Of a stretch of 32,000 bases of DNA, positions 1-10,582 are shown piece by piece. Origin of the DNA: Vibrio vulnificus CMCP6 (GTDB lineage Bacteria > Pseudomonadota > Gammaproteobacteria > Enterobacterales > Vibrionaceae); the NCBI RefSeq assembly GCF_000039765.1, contig NC_004459.3, forward strand, positions 2,986,104 to 3,018,103, in the 5' to 3' direction. Below the pieces are notes generated by a model, which was not told the origin of the DNA, ran no database searches, and saw only the letters and a program-made list of their open reading frames with translations. The position numbers and the translations under genes are program-made. Every line of letters starts with the position of its first letter. The stretch's first letter is position 1.

Positions 1-75
1 TTCTGTTATCGCTGGACGTTCCAAAATAGCGTCTTGTTGCGTCTCACTAAGAGATTGCCAAACAACCGTTCTCAT
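1..75 (-). CDS. hisD: Histidinol dehydrogenase, N-terminal fragment cut by the window edge
   Basis: Reverse complement of 1-75 reads MRTVVWQSLSETQQDAILERPAITE; it lies directly downstream of hisG on the same strand, the standard hisGD order. Confidence 0.8.
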   Translation of the reverse strand, partial: MRTVVWQSLSETQQDAILERPAITE

Positions 76-80
76 GAGCC

Positions 81-977
81 TTACTCCATCATTTTTTCAA
101 TTGGTAGAACAAGAATAGAGCTCGCGCCAAGTTCTTTGAGCTGTTCCATCGTTTCCCAGAATAGGTTTTCTGTACTCACCAAGTGGACGGCCACTCGTTG
201 TTTCTCTGCAGACAGTGGTAACACGGTTGGATCTTCCGCCCCAGGCAACAGTGCTTTGATCTGTTCTAGCTTATCAACTGGAGCATGTAGCATGATGTAT
301 TTGGATTCTTTGGCTTGCTGAACGCCTTGCATACGCGTTAACAGCTTCTCGATAAGCGCTTGCTTGTCTTGGGCAAACTCACCTGAACGTTGAATAAGTG
401 TTGCTTTCGATTGGAAAATAACCTCAGCCTCTTTTAGGCCATTGGCTTCAAGTGTTGCGCCTGTTGAAACCAAATCAGCGATTGCGTCCGCCAAACCAGC
501 ACGAGGCGCAACTTCAACAGAGCCTGTCAGCATACAGGTTGAGAAAGGCACACCTTGTCGATCCATATACGCTTTGAGCAGTTGTGGGTAAGTCGTCGCA
601 ATACGTTTCCCAGCAAGATCTTGAGGGCCATTGTATTTTTCATCTTTATCAATCGCGATGGACAAACGACATCCACCAAAATCTAGACGACTCAAGGTTT
701 CAAATTGACAAGCATCACCAGTGGCTTTGCGCTCTAGACGCACTTCTTCCAGCACGTTTTCACCGATAAAACCAAGGTCAACAACGCCATCCATGATCAG
801 CCCTGGGATGTCATCATCACGAACTAATAACAGATCAATTGGCATATTTTCTGAGTGCACGACTAAACGCTCACCCATAATATTGAATTTAACGCCACAC
901 TTTTTTAAGAGCCCTTGGCACTCTTCACTCAGTCGGCCTTTTTTCTGAATTGCAATTCTTAAGCGTTGTGTTTGCAT
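81..977 (-). CDS. hisG: ATP phosphoribosyltransferase
   Basis: ORF 81..998; likely start is the internal Met giving [21 protein letters not shown]; typical HisG motifs ([21 protein letters not shown]). Confidence 0.97.
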   Translation of the reverse strand: MQTQRLRIAIQKKGRLSEECQGLLKKCGVKFNIMGERLVVHSENMPIDLLLVRDDDIPGLIMDGVVDLGFIGENVLEEVRLERKATGDACQFETLSRLDFGGCRLSIAIDKDEKYNGPQDLAGKRIATTYPQLLKAYMDRQGVPFSTCMLTGSVEVAPRAGLADAIADLVSTGATLEANGLKEAEVIFQSKATLIQRSGEFAQDKQALIEKLLTRMQGVQQAKESKYIMLHAPVDKLEQIKALLPGAEDPTVLPLSAEKQRVAVHLVSTENLFWETMEQLKELGASSILVLPIEKMME

Positions 978-1023
978 GACATTGTCCCTGTGCTTCAATT
1001 TGAAAATGATGAAAGTGAAAACT

Positions 1024-1060
1024 AAAAAACCCTCGAGAGATGTTGGTCTCCCGAGGGTTT
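1024..1060 (-). terminator. his operon attenuator terminator hairpin
   Basis: Minus strand reads AAACCCTCGGGAGACCAACATCTCTCGAGGGTTTTTTAG: GC-rich stem plus U-run between the His leader peptide and hisG. Confidence 0.88.
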
Positions 1061-1132
1061 AAAATCTGAATTTGATGATTTTCACCTCCGGGAGTTTCCT
1101 ATCTCCCGGGTATGCGTACATCTCCCGAAAGA

Positions 1133-1165
1133 CTAGACTGGGTGATGATGGTGATGAATGTTCAT
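1133..1165 (-). CDS. hisL: his operon leader peptide (MNIHHHHHPV)
   Basis: Minus strand ATG AAC ATT CAT CAC CAT CAT CAC CCA GTC TAG: five consecutive His codons, upstream of the attenuator hairpin and hisG. Confidence 0.93.
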   Translation of the reverse strand: MNIHHHHHPV

Positions 1166-1337
1166 TACAAAATTACGCATACTTATATAGGCTCTTAGCT
1201 TGATTGCTTCGTTGATAACCACACTAACTAAGCTTCCCTTATTTTGCAACACTTTATTTAAAAAAATATCAATTTGTATAAGACAAATAAAAAGGGTAGA
1301 CGAAGCCACCCTTTCAAAGTTCATATAAATGAAGACG

Positions 1338-2939
1338 TTACGCTTGTTGGCAAGACTCAATCTTTGCTTTTGACAACCAAGAGAGGATTGCACAAACGAT
1401 GATGAATGCCATGGTTGCAGCCGCTAGTGAGAACATAACGGAAGCGGTCATACCCAATACAACGAAACCAATACAAGAAACCAACGCCACTGCAAGTGCA
1501 TAAGGTAACTGAGTCGCTACGTGGTCAATATGATGACAACGAGCGCCCGTTGAAGAAAGAATCGTCGTATCAGAAATCGGTGAACAGTGATCACCAAAAA
1601 CAGAACCAGCTAATACTGCACTTAGCATAGGAAGCATAAGAGCGATATCTGTCGCACCCGCCATATCACCCGCGATAGGTAGCATAATACCAAACGTGCC
1701 CCACGATGTTCCGGTAGAAAACGCCATCAAACCAGAAAGCAGGAATAGAATCACAGGTAGCCAATGAGGGTTAATATTGCCTTGTGCCATGGTAGACAAG
1801 TAGCTACCCGTTTTCATGTCGCCAATAACCGAACCGATAGTCCAAGCGAAAATCAGAATAAGGATTGCACCAAACATCGATTTAGCACCGATCCATAAAG
1901 TGCGAGCAATTTCTGCAACTGGAAGACCTTGTTTGAACACGGTGAACAAGGCCACAGCCAAACCAACCAGACCACCATAAATAAGCGATGTACCTACGTT
2001 GGTATTTTCGAATGCACCAAGCAAGTCAAAAGCTTTACCATCCGCCGCAAGTGCTTGGCCACCGGTATAGAGCATTGAAGCGACCGTTGCAATAATCAAA
2101 GCAATGATCGGCATAACAAGATCGGTCACTTTACCTTTATCGCTTTCACGGATATCAAGCTCTTCGTCAATTTCATGCGCTTCTTTTAGGTCAGTATCAG
2201 CGTCATTGTCAAAGCCACGACCTTGTGAGGCAGCAATTTCATGTTCACGCATTTTACCAATGTCTAAACCAAACCAAGCGACCGCAAACACCATTAACAA
2301 GGCGAAAATCGCGTAGAAGTTCATCGGTACTAAACGTAGATATGCGCCTAATGCGGAATATTCAGTGATGCCATGTGACACCAAAATACCGCCGATAATG
2401 GTCATGATGTACGCACCCCAACTCGATGCAGGCATCACCACACACATTGGTGCTGCTGTTGAGTCTAGAATATAAGCAAGTTTGGCGCGTGAAACATAAA
2501 AGCGGTCCGTTACTGGGCGAGAAATCGCACCCACAGCTAGGCTATTGAAATAGTCGTCTACAAAAATGAATACGCCTAAAAACGCTGCTAGTAATTTCGA
2601 ACCTCGCTTACTTTTCACTCGAGTCTGTGCCCATTCAGCAAAAGCTCGAGTGCCTCCAGAAAGAGTCAGTAGAGCGGTGGTCATGCCCAATAACAACAAG
2701 AAACCAACAATACTCATATTCCAAGTATTGATGCCACCATCTTCAATAAAAACAGCTGAAACTTTATCTGTAATATAAGCTGCCGCAGAGCCTACCGAAT
2801 AATCATTCAGTAACACTGCACCTAGAAGAATACCGACACCAAGCGATACAAGCACTTTACGCGTTAAAATGGCTAGCGTCAGTGCCACTATCGGCGGTAA
2901 AAGTGAAATGGGAGATGTAGCAAAATCTATTAAATTCAT
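1338..2939 (-). CDS. NhaC-family transporter (annotated as Na+/H+ antiporter; probably a lysine transporter given its riboswitch)
   Basis: ORF 1338..2948, likely start MNLIDFATSPISLLPPIVALTLAILTRKVL; hydrophobic; motifs SWGAYIMTIIGG, STGTSWGTFGIMLPIAGDMA and FGDHCSPISDTTILSS typical of NhaC family. Confidence 0.9.
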   Translation of the reverse strand: MNLIDFATSPISLLPPIVALTLAILTRKVLVSLGVGILLGAVLLNDYSVGSAAAYITDKVSAVFIEDGGINTWNMSIVGFLLLLGMTTALLTLSGGTRAFAEWAQTRVKSKRGSKLLAAFLGVFIFVDDYFNSLAVGAISRPVTDRFYVSRAKLAYILDSTAAPMCVVMPASSWGAYIMTIIGGILVSHGITEYSALGAYLRLVPMNFYAIFALLMVFAVAWFGLDIGKMREHEIAASQGRGFDNDADTDLKEAHEIDEELDIRESDKGKVTDLVMPIIALIIATVASMLYTGGQALAADGKAFDLLGAFENTNVGTSLIYGGLVGLAVALFTVFKQGLPVAEIARTLWIGAKSMFGAILILIFAWTIGSVIGDMKTGSYLSTMAQGNINPHWLPVILFLLSGLMAFSTGTSWGTFGIMLPIAGDMAGATDIALMLPMLSAVLAGSVFGDHCSPISDTTILSSTGARCHHIDHVATQLPYALAVALVSCIGFVVLGMTASVMFSLAAATMAFIIVCAILSWLSKAKIESCQQA

Positions 2940-3049
2940 GATCTTCAAAAACCAAAGTTTGGCTAGAGATCTACTGCAGACAAAGTAAACAGGATGTCCG
3001 TTACTTATGTTGAACTAAGCGACAGGGAAGTGAACACTTCACCCAACCT

Positions 3050-3222
3050 ACAGTAGCGCTCCATAGTTATACATTAAATACTATGGCAGTGTTGTTCCTT
3101 TCGGATGCAACCCCAGCAAACTGCTTTGATATGCAATTCACTTCGGCAATGGATACCTTTCACTATTATTCATTGGCATCACCCCAATAATAGTTACTCT
3201 TTACCATTGCGCCTCTACGTCG
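3050..3222 (-). promoter_or_regulatory. Lysine riboswitch (L box) upstream of the NhaC-family gene
   Basis: Minus strand contains GACGTAGAGGCGCA..AAGAGTAA..GAAAGG..TTGCCGAAG..GCTGGGGTTGCATCCGAAAGGAACAACACTG..TGGAGCGCTACTG, matching conserved LYS-element blocks with closing P1 (GTAGAGGCGC / GCGCTAC). Confidence 0.92.
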
Positions 3223-3714
3223 ATAACAAATTCTTAACTATCTGCCGATTAAAAAAACAACAAATAATCTAATTTATCGCATCAGGTAGCGGCTATTGTA
3301 CTCATGACGCTCCTCATTGCAACAGATCTGTCTTAAGTTGATTAAATTTGAAAAATCAATATGAGACAGGTTTTCTATTGCCGTTTCATTAATCCATTCT
3401 CTTTGCATCATGATACTAATAATAGAAAAAATGAGATCACAAACCACTTTCCATTGAACCATTTTGTTATAAAGCCATCTAATCATTCGTAAAATATTTT
3501 TGAGATAGCTTTTTGTTCAGTGAAGGAATTGCTTCTACAACTTTCGTCTGTCTTAGAAATTTTATAATCATTCTTTTTTAATTTTTTTACTTTTAATATT
3601 GCTTATATTGTATTGCGCGTTAATATTAGCATCGTAAGAATTAATCTAGTTTGTTTAATTTAATTCTCGGTATTATTATTAGACAATCGACTTAGCGAAT
3701 ATATAGGAAAGGTT

Positions 3715-4122
3715 ATGTCTGAACTAACAAAAACTCTGTTGAACATTCGCAGCCTACGTGCGTTTTCTCGTGAACTTACTCTTGAGCAATTAGAAGAAGC
3801 TCTAGATAAATTGACAACTGTTGTTGCAGAGCGTCAAGAAGCGGAAGCAGAAGAACGTGCAGCGAAAGCTGAACAAGAAGCGAAACTAGCGGCTATCGCA
3901 GAACAAATTGCTAAAGATGGTATCGATGTCGAAGCACTAATCAGCGCACTTGCTGGCGAAACTAAAGTGAAGAGCAAAGGTAAACGTGCTCCTCGCCCAG
4001 CGAAATACAAGTACGTTGACACCAATGGTGAAGAAAAAACTTGGACTGGTCAAGGTCGTACACCTTCTGCAATCCAAGCTCAATTAGATGCGGGTAAATC
4101 TCTAGAAGATTTCGAAATCTAA
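3715..4122 (+). CDS. hns: H-NS family nucleoid-associated DNA-binding protein
   Basis: 135 aa; N-terminal coiled coil (MSELTKTLLNIRSLRAFSRELTLEQLEEALDKL) and C-terminal DNA-binding motif (YVDTNGEEKTWTGQGRTPSAIQ). Confidence 0.96.
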   Translation: MSELTKTLLNIRSLRAFSRELTLEQLEEALDKLTTVVAERQEAEAEERAAKAEQEAKLAAIAEQIAKDGIDVEALISALAGETKVKSKGKRAPRPAKYKYVDTNGEEKTWTGQGRTPSAIQAQLDAGKSLEDFEI

Positions 4123-4140
4123 TACATTTTAGATATCAGT

Positions 4141-4167
4141 AAAAAGGCTCCTTTCGGAGCCTTTTTA
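4141..4167. terminator. Bidirectional rho-independent terminator between convergent hns and gsk
   Basis: AAAAAGGCTCCTTTCGGAGCCTTTTT: perfect stem with A-run and T-run flanks. Confidence 0.93.
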
Positions 4168-5472
4168 TTATCTTTCCCAATACGCTTCTTCTAAGCTATC
4201 TTCGCGTTCAGGTAAGCCACGAGATAGGCGCGGAGAATGTTGTACCAACACTTCATAACTGGCGCGGTTAGCATACTTACACACTTGAGAAAAAGATGAG
4301 TATGTCAAAAACTCATACACGTGCTTACTTGAGTTTGGCACGTTTTCTTTGTGATATTTGTTTGCCGCCATATCGTGCAGTACCGCTGAAAGTGCAGCAT
4401 CACCTGCCCCATTGGTATTTTTAATTTTCTCAGGACCGCCCATATACGGTGAAATATGTGAATAGACTTTAATCGGGTTTTCACAAGATGCTTTTTTCGT
4501 TGGACGACTAAATTCATAACGATTGAATTCAGCAATGCAGCCTGGAAGTAACGGTAGAGATGTTTCACGCTTCGCGCTGTCTTCTGTATAACCGGCCATA
4601 AATAGACCAAGCGGACCCGCAGTACAAAGTACCATGTCTGCCCAATCCAGTGTTTTATCTGAAGCGGCTAAAGGATCGGACTCCCCAGTCAATGCTTCGG
4701 CTTCATCTTCATTCATCGCAACTACCGTCACATTATCACGAATAAATTCTTGCCAGAAGGTTGGGTCATCTTGAATCACAAATTTAGTGCCAAGCGTCAA
4801 AACAACAGGTACATCGTATTTTTTTGCGTACTCGATGGCTTTCATCGTCGCATCAGGCATTGGATCACCTTCTTTACAACGAATCAAATAAGCGGTGAGC
4901 ACCAAAGCTGAGGCTTTTTTAAAGATCTTTTCCGGAATATTATCTGGATGAAGTTGGTTCATTTGACCTTCACTAATCGCAAAAGTGCGTTCACCATCTT
5001 CGGTAATCAACGCGAAACAGCGACCAATCGCGCCATCGACACCTTGCAGATAATTAAGATCCATACGGCTTGATGTGTTACATAAGTAACGGTATCCGTA
5101 ACTACCAATCTTAATATCTTGACTCATCACGCCCAATAATGTCGAACGATCATCTGCGAGCACTGAGTAATTGTGCAGCGTATTGCCAATCGTACCGCCA
5201 GCGTATTCGTTGGTAATCAGATTTTCTTGCTTTAACTGCTGATATAGCGCTTCTGCCGTCACATCGTCAATAACCAGCGAGTGCCCTTTACTCAAACCGT
5301 ATTTTTCAATCATTTCCGACGTCACTCTCGCTTCGATATCCACCAAAGTTTGATCAATACCGATAATATGAGTACGCGTCATTTTCTTGCTTTCCTGCGC
5401 CTGACTCACTAATGGGTCACGTGCATGTACGGGAAAATAGTGTTTTGATTTGCGCTGTCCGGGAAATTTCAT
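4168..5472 (-). CDS. gsk: Inosine/guanosine kinase (PfkB family)
   Basis: 434 aa; MKFPGQRKSKHYFPVHARDPL...; NTNGAGDAALSAVLHD PfkB signature. Confidence 0.95.
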   Translation of the reverse strand: MKFPGQRKSKHYFPVHARDPLVSQAQESKKMTRTHIIGIDQTLVDIEARVTSEMIEKYGLSKGHSLVIDDVTAEALYQQLKQENLITNEYAGGTIGNTLHNYSVLADDRSTLLGVMSQDIKIGSYGYRYLCNTSSRMDLNYLQGVDGAIGRCFALITEDGERTFAISEGQMNQLHPDNIPEKIFKKASALVLTAYLIRCKEGDPMPDATMKAIEYAKKYDVPVVLTLGTKFVIQDDPTFWQEFIRDNVTVVAMNEDEAEALTGESDPLAASDKTLDWADMVLCTAGPLGLFMAGYTEDSAKRETSLPLLPGCIAEFNRYEFSRPTKKASCENPIKVYSHISPYMGGPEKIKNTNGAGDAALSAVLHDMAANKYHKENVPNSSKHVYEFLTYSSFSQVCKYANRASYEVLVQHSPRLSRGLPEREDSLEEAYWER

Positions 5473-5549
5473 AGTGTTTGTCTGAGTACGGGGTTAAAAG
5501 AAGTGCGGATTCTAACTCGCACTCCCATAGGCGGCAATAAAGGCAATTA

Positions 5550-5565
5550 TAGCAAACGTTTGCTA
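5550..5565. promoter_or_regulatory. PurR-like operator upstream of gsk
   Basis: Perfect 16-bp palindrome TAGCAAACGTTTGCTA matching the PurR core GCAAACGTTTGC, about 80 bp upstream of the gsk start. Confidence 0.75.
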
Positions 5566-5588
5566 CGTACTTTTTATTTTGCGAGGCG

Positions 5589-5858
5589 CTATTCACCTTC
5601 CATAAAGCTTAAATCTGGCAGGCAATCCAAGTTTTCGCTGTAACGTTTTAAATTGAACTCGCCGTCATTTTTCATCACGTCGAAAATCTCAATTGACATT
5701 GCACACGCCATCATCGCCACCGCATCTTCACGAGGCGTGCCTGTCATCATTAGGCGCATCAACGTTTCTTTGACCTTGATTGGATTTCCATCTTCAAGTT
5801 GATTTTCAATGATCTCGATAAGATCCGCCTCTTGCATAAATTGCATTTCGTCAGTCAT
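5589..5858 (-). CDS. Small acidic protein of unknown function (89 aa)
   Basis: Full ORF MTDEMQFMQEADLIEIIENQLEDGNPIKVKETLMRLMM..., codon-like composition, fits intergenic space; no motif I recognise. Confidence 0.75.
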   Translation of the reverse strand: MTDEMQFMQEADLIEIIENQLEDGNPIKVKETLMRLMMTGTPREDAVAMMACAMSIEIFDVMKNDGEFNLKRYSENLDCLPDLSFMEGE

Positions 5859-6047
5859 GATGTTTACTCATTAGGATTTTTTCCAACTATGCCACATTCC
5901 CACTCAGAGCTCGCGCGGAATTTCTTTTCGCTTGTCCTTTTGCTGAAAAAAGCAGCGAAAACGAATTGTGATTGCGATCTCGGATCTGTCACCCGTTTCT
6001 GCTTTCTGTTAGAATTCGCCTCCAGTTAATTTTAGTGGTGTTGAGTA

Positions 6048-7172
6048 ATGTCTGATAACAGCCAAAAGAAAGTCATCGTTGGTATGTCTGGCGGTGTAGA
6101 TTCATCGGTTTCTGCCTATCTTCTAAAACAGCAAGGCTATCAAGTTGAAGGCCTATTTATGAAGAACTGGGAAGAAGATGATGATTCTGAGTATTGTACT
6201 GCGGCAGAAGATCTCGCCGACGCTCAGGCTGTTTGTGACAAACTTGGCATTCACCTACATAAGATCAACTTTGCTTCAGAATATTGGGACAATGTATTCG
6301 AATATTTCCTTGCCGAATACAAGGCGGGCCGTACCCCTAACCCAGACATCCTTTGTAACAAAGAAATTAAGTTCAAAGCGTTTTTAGAATTTGCCGACGA
6401 AGTACTTGATGCCGATTACATCGCGATGGGCCATTATGTCCGTCGTTCTTTCCCTGAAAATGGTGAAAAGCCACAGATGCTGCGTGGTTTAGACGGCAAT
6501 AAAGATCAGAGCTACTTCCTCTACACGCTAAGTCACGAACAAGTGGCACGTAGCCTCTTCCCTGTTGGCGACCTGGAAAAGCCAGAAGTTCGTCGCATTG
6601 CGGAAGAACAAGGTCTGATTACCGCGAAAAAGAAAGATTCTACCGGTATCTGTTTTATCGGCGAACGTAAGTTCACCGATTTTCTAAGCCGCTACTTACC
6701 AGCTCAACCGGGTAATATTGAGTCGCCAGAAGGCGAAGTGCTTGGTCAACACCAGGGTTTGATGTACCACACGCTAGGCCAACGTAAAGGCCTACATATT
6801 GGTGGCCGTAAAGGCGGTGGCGGTAACGAAGAACCATGGTTTGTTGCAGAAAAAGACCTTAAGCGCAATGTGTTGATTGCCGTTCAAGGACAAGATCACC
6901 CGATGCTGAAGTCCGAAGGCCTAATTGCTTCTCAGCTTCATTGGGTAGAACGTGAGCCAATTCGCGATGTGGTGAAATGCACGGTGAAAACTCGTTACCG
7001 TCAACAAGATATTCCTTGTACAATCATCCCTATTGATGACGAAAACATTAAAGTAATTTTCGATGAACCTGAGATCGCAGTGACCCCAGGTCAATCCGCT
7101 GTTTTCTACCAAGGTGATGTTTGTCTTGGTGGTGGTATCATCGAGAAACGCATTAAATATACTCAAGCTTAG
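6048..7172 (+). CDS. mnmA: tRNA-specific 2-thiouridylase MnmA
   Basis: [45 protein letters not shown]; PP-loop SGGVDS and CNKEIKF motifs. Confidence 0.98.
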   Translation: MSDNSQKKVIVGMSGGVDSSVSAYLLKQQGYQVEGLFMKNWEEDDDSEYCTAAEDLADAQAVCDKLGIHLHKINFASEYWDNVFEYFLAEYKAGRTPNPDILCNKEIKFKAFLEFADEVLDADYIAMGHYVRRSFPENGEKPQMLRGLDGNKDQSYFLYTLSHEQVARSLFPVGDLEKPEVRRIAEEQGLITAKKKDSTGICFIGERKFTDFLSRYLPAQPGNIESPEGEVLGQHQGLMYHTLGQRKGLHIGGRKGGGGNEEPWFVAEKDLKRNVLIAVQGQDHPMLKSEGLIASQLHWVEREPIRDVVKCTVKTRYRQQDIPCTIIPIDDENIKVIFDEPEIAVTPGQSAVFYQGDVCLGGGIIEKRIKYTQA

Positions 7173-7182
7173 GAGTCGTTAC

Positions 7183-7800
7183 GTGGCGAATACACTTTAT
7201 GACCGTACCATTGCTTTTGCTGGCATGTGCCAAGCTGTGGCATTAGTTCAGCAAATCGCGAGAAACGGACATTGTGATCAAGATGCCTTTGAAACTTCTA
7301 TTAAAGCAATTTTGAATACCAATCCAGCCAACACACTTGATGTGTTTGGCAATGAGTCACAACTCAAACTGGGTTTGGAATGCTTAGTAAAAGGGATTGA
7401 TAGTACCCCCACTGGTAGCGAAGTGACTCGCTACCTCATCAGTTTGATGGCGTTAGAGCGCAAACTGATGGGCAGGAATGATGCGATGTCACAACTTGGC
7501 GATCGTATTCAGATGGTACAAAGACAGACGGAACACTATGATCTTTTTGAAGAACAGATGATCAGCAATGTGGCCAGTATCTACCTCGATGTTATCAGCC
7601 CTATCGGCCCTCGAATCCAAGTGACAGGTACGCCGACGGTATTACAACAAACATCGAATCAACACAAAGTACGTGCGTTACTCCTTTCTGGTATTCGCAG
7701 TGCCGTGCTTTGGCGTCAAGTTGGCGGTCGACGCCGCCATCTGATCTTCGGCAGAAAGAAAATGGTTGAGCAGGCGCAGATCCTGCTGGCTAGAATGTAA
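7183..7800 (+). CDS. hflD: High frequency lysogenization protein HflD homolog
   Basis: ORF 7114..7800 with likely GTG start at 7183 after an AGGAG Shine-Dalgarno; protein (V/M)[26 protein letters not shown]; follows mnmA as in gammaproteobacteria. Confidence 0.93.
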   Translation: MANTLYDRTIAFAGMCQAVALVQQIARNGHCDQDAFETSIKAILNTNPANTLDVFGNESQLKLGLECLVKGIDSTPTGSEVTRYLISLMALERKLMGRNDAMSQLGDRIQMVQRQTEHYDLFEEQMISNVASIYLDVISPIGPRIQVTGTPTVLQQTSNQHKVRALLLSGIRSAVLWRQVGGRRRHLIFGRKKMVEQAQILLARM

Positions 7801-7811
7801 TTCGACCATTA

Positions 7812-7841
7812 TTAGCTCGCGCCAGACGCGAGCTAATTGTT
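7812..7841 (+). terminator. Rho-independent terminator downstream of hflD
   Basis: TTAGCTCGCG-CCAGA-CGCGAGCTAA followed by TTGTTTT. Confidence 0.8.
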
Positions 7842-7859
7842 TTGGTCAAAATCACCTTA

Positions 7860-7875
7860 GCGCAAACGTTTGCGC
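7860..7875. promoter_or_regulatory. PurR-like operator upstream of purB
   Basis: Perfect 16-bp palindrome GCGCAAACGTTTGCGC about 75 bp upstream of the purB ATG. Confidence 0.85.
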
Positions 7876-7927
7876 AATATTCGTGACAATTGCCACAGTT
7901 ATTGGTATAAAGCTCGCGAAATTTTGA

Positions 7928-9319
<1,392 letters not shown>

Positions 9320-9375
9320 GAGAATCGAGAATCGAGAATCGAGAATCGAGAATCGAGAATCGAGAATCGAGAATC
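9320..9375. repeat. Perfect tandem heptamer repeat (GAGAATC) x 8
   Basis: Direct count from the sequence: eight contiguous GAGAATC units beginning at the first base after the purB stop codon. Confidence 0.98.
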
Positions 9376-9386
9376 GGATAATTGTT

Positions 9387-9420
9387 AGGGTTGACGTGAA
9401 AGCGTCAACCCTTTCTTTCT
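9387..9420 (+). terminator. Rho-independent terminator downstream of purB
   Basis: AGGGTTGACG-TGAAAG-CGTCAACCCT followed by TTCTTTCT. Confidence 0.88.
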
Positions 9421-9483
9421 TTAGGGCGGAGATAAGGCTAGACTCCTATTCCCGAATCTCGGAGCGCAGCGTTCCTAACTGTT

Positions 9484-10017
9484 TTATTGCCTCTGGAAGA
9501 ACAACGTAATCGTCCCTACCTCTACGCCAAACTTCTTAATCTTGGTGAGATTAAACACATGCTTTTCATCTTGGCGATAAAGCCAATCATCAAAGGATAC
9601 CGTCAAGCTTGAACCATCGACTTGCAGTTCAAAATCATAGCGCCATTGCAGTGCATTACCCAGCTCCATTCCCTCAGCAACGCCGATAATATCGTCAGCT
9701 TCGCCTTGATAGCGACCATCGGACAATCGGGTAATCCGCCAAATGCGCTGATCAATCTCACCATCGTCAAAAACAAAATCTTCAACGAGCGTCAGTGTGT
9801 TATTGTCAACAGAACCAACAATCTCAACCTCAAAGCGTCTGGTTTGTTTACCGCTATAGTCTTGCACCATGCCCCAAGCTTTCACATTTCCAGAAAAATA
9901 CTCAAACAGTTCAAACTTTGGAGATGCTTGCTGGTAGTCCTTAAGGTCACTCGAACAGCCGACCAAAACGTTCAATGTCATAACAAGCAAGACGATAAAA
10001 ACATTATGTTTGTTCAT
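9484..10017 (-). CDS. DUF3833 family putative lipoprotein
   Basis: 177 aa; lipobox-like signal VLLVMTLNVLVGCSS; DUF3833-like EYFSGNVKAWGMVQDYSGKQTRRFEVEI. Confidence 0.85.
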   Translation of the reverse strand: MNKHNVFIVLLVMTLNVLVGCSSDLKDYQQASPKFELFEYFSGNVKAWGMVQDYSGKQTRRFEVEIVGSVDNNTLTLVEDFVFDDGEIDQRIWRITRLSDGRYQGEADDIIGVAEGMELGNALQWRYDFELQVDGSSLTVSFDDWLYRQDEKHVFNLTKIKKFGVEVGTITLFFQRQ

Positions 10018-10018
10018 C

Positions 10019-10582
10019 TTATTGATTCCATCCGATTAATTTTGCTCGCAAAGAGGGATATTGAGTTTTTGGCGATAACCAAATCGCGAGGAAAGCATCG
10101 TTAAGCTCCTGATCAGCCACATCACCGGCCACTTCAGCTTTGTCACTGTCATGTCGAATAAAAAGCAAACGCCCTTTTTCTCCATCAGTAATGTAGGTCA
10201 GTTTGTCGCCTTTTTTGATGTTGGGAAAAATCAGCTCGAGGCTATCTCTCCACGGTTTTTTCGCTGTGATACCCATCTTTTGCCACTGCTCTTCCGTTGC
10301 ACTGAGTAGATCCTCACGTGAAATATCGCGTAAGTATCGAATCTCCAAGGCGAGGGGATGTGGCGTAACATCTGCATTCACCTCGAACTCACCATTTGGT
10401 GTAACCAACTTAGAATCATAGATATCAAAGACAAACCAGCTCAATCGTGCCTCCCCAACGGTCTGCCACTGCTGCCAAGTCTCAATGTCTGCTGCTCCTG
10501 TTTGACCATAAGAGCTAGACGAAACGCCTAGCAAAAGACTAAGAAACGTACTCCGAATGACACAACTTGCTTTTCTCATCAT
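10019..10582 (-). CDS. Chalcone isomerase-like exported protein
   Basis: 187 aa, signal peptide; VGEARLSWFVFDIYDSKLVTPNGEF...PLALEIRYLRDISREDL resembles the bacterial chalcone isomerase-like family. Confidence 0.8.
   Translation of the reverse strand: MMRKASCVIRSTFLSLLLGVSSSSYGQTGAADIETWQQWQTVGEARLSWFVFDIYDSKLVTPNGEFEVNADVTPHPLALEIRYLRDISREDLLSATEEQWQKMGITAKKPWRDSLELIFPNIKKGDKLTYITDGEKGRLLFIRHDSDKAEVAGDVADQELNDAFLAIWLSPKTQYPSLRAKLIGWNQ

Noticed and set aside
1133-1393. 86-aa minus-strand ORF ending in MNIHHHHHPV called as one protein
   Set aside because: Only the last 10 codons match the his leader peptide; the upstream part is chance open frame.
3274-3486. 70-aa minus-strand ORF between the riboswitch and hns
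   Set aside because: Low-complexity, AT-rich region with no recognisable family; it lies in the likely regulatory zone upstream of hns, so not called.
4305-4610. 101-aa plus-strand ORF inside gsk
   Set aside because: Antisense shadow of a clear PfkB kinase gene.
9320-9375. Possibility that the GAGAATC array is a CRISPR
   Set aside because: Contiguous 7-bp units with no spacers and no cas genes nearby; it is a simple tandem repeat.
9622-10104. 160-aa plus-strand ORF antisense to the DUF3833 gene
   Set aside because: Composition is that of an antisense shadow frame; the opposite strand encodes a lipoprotein-like DUF3833 protein in operon context.
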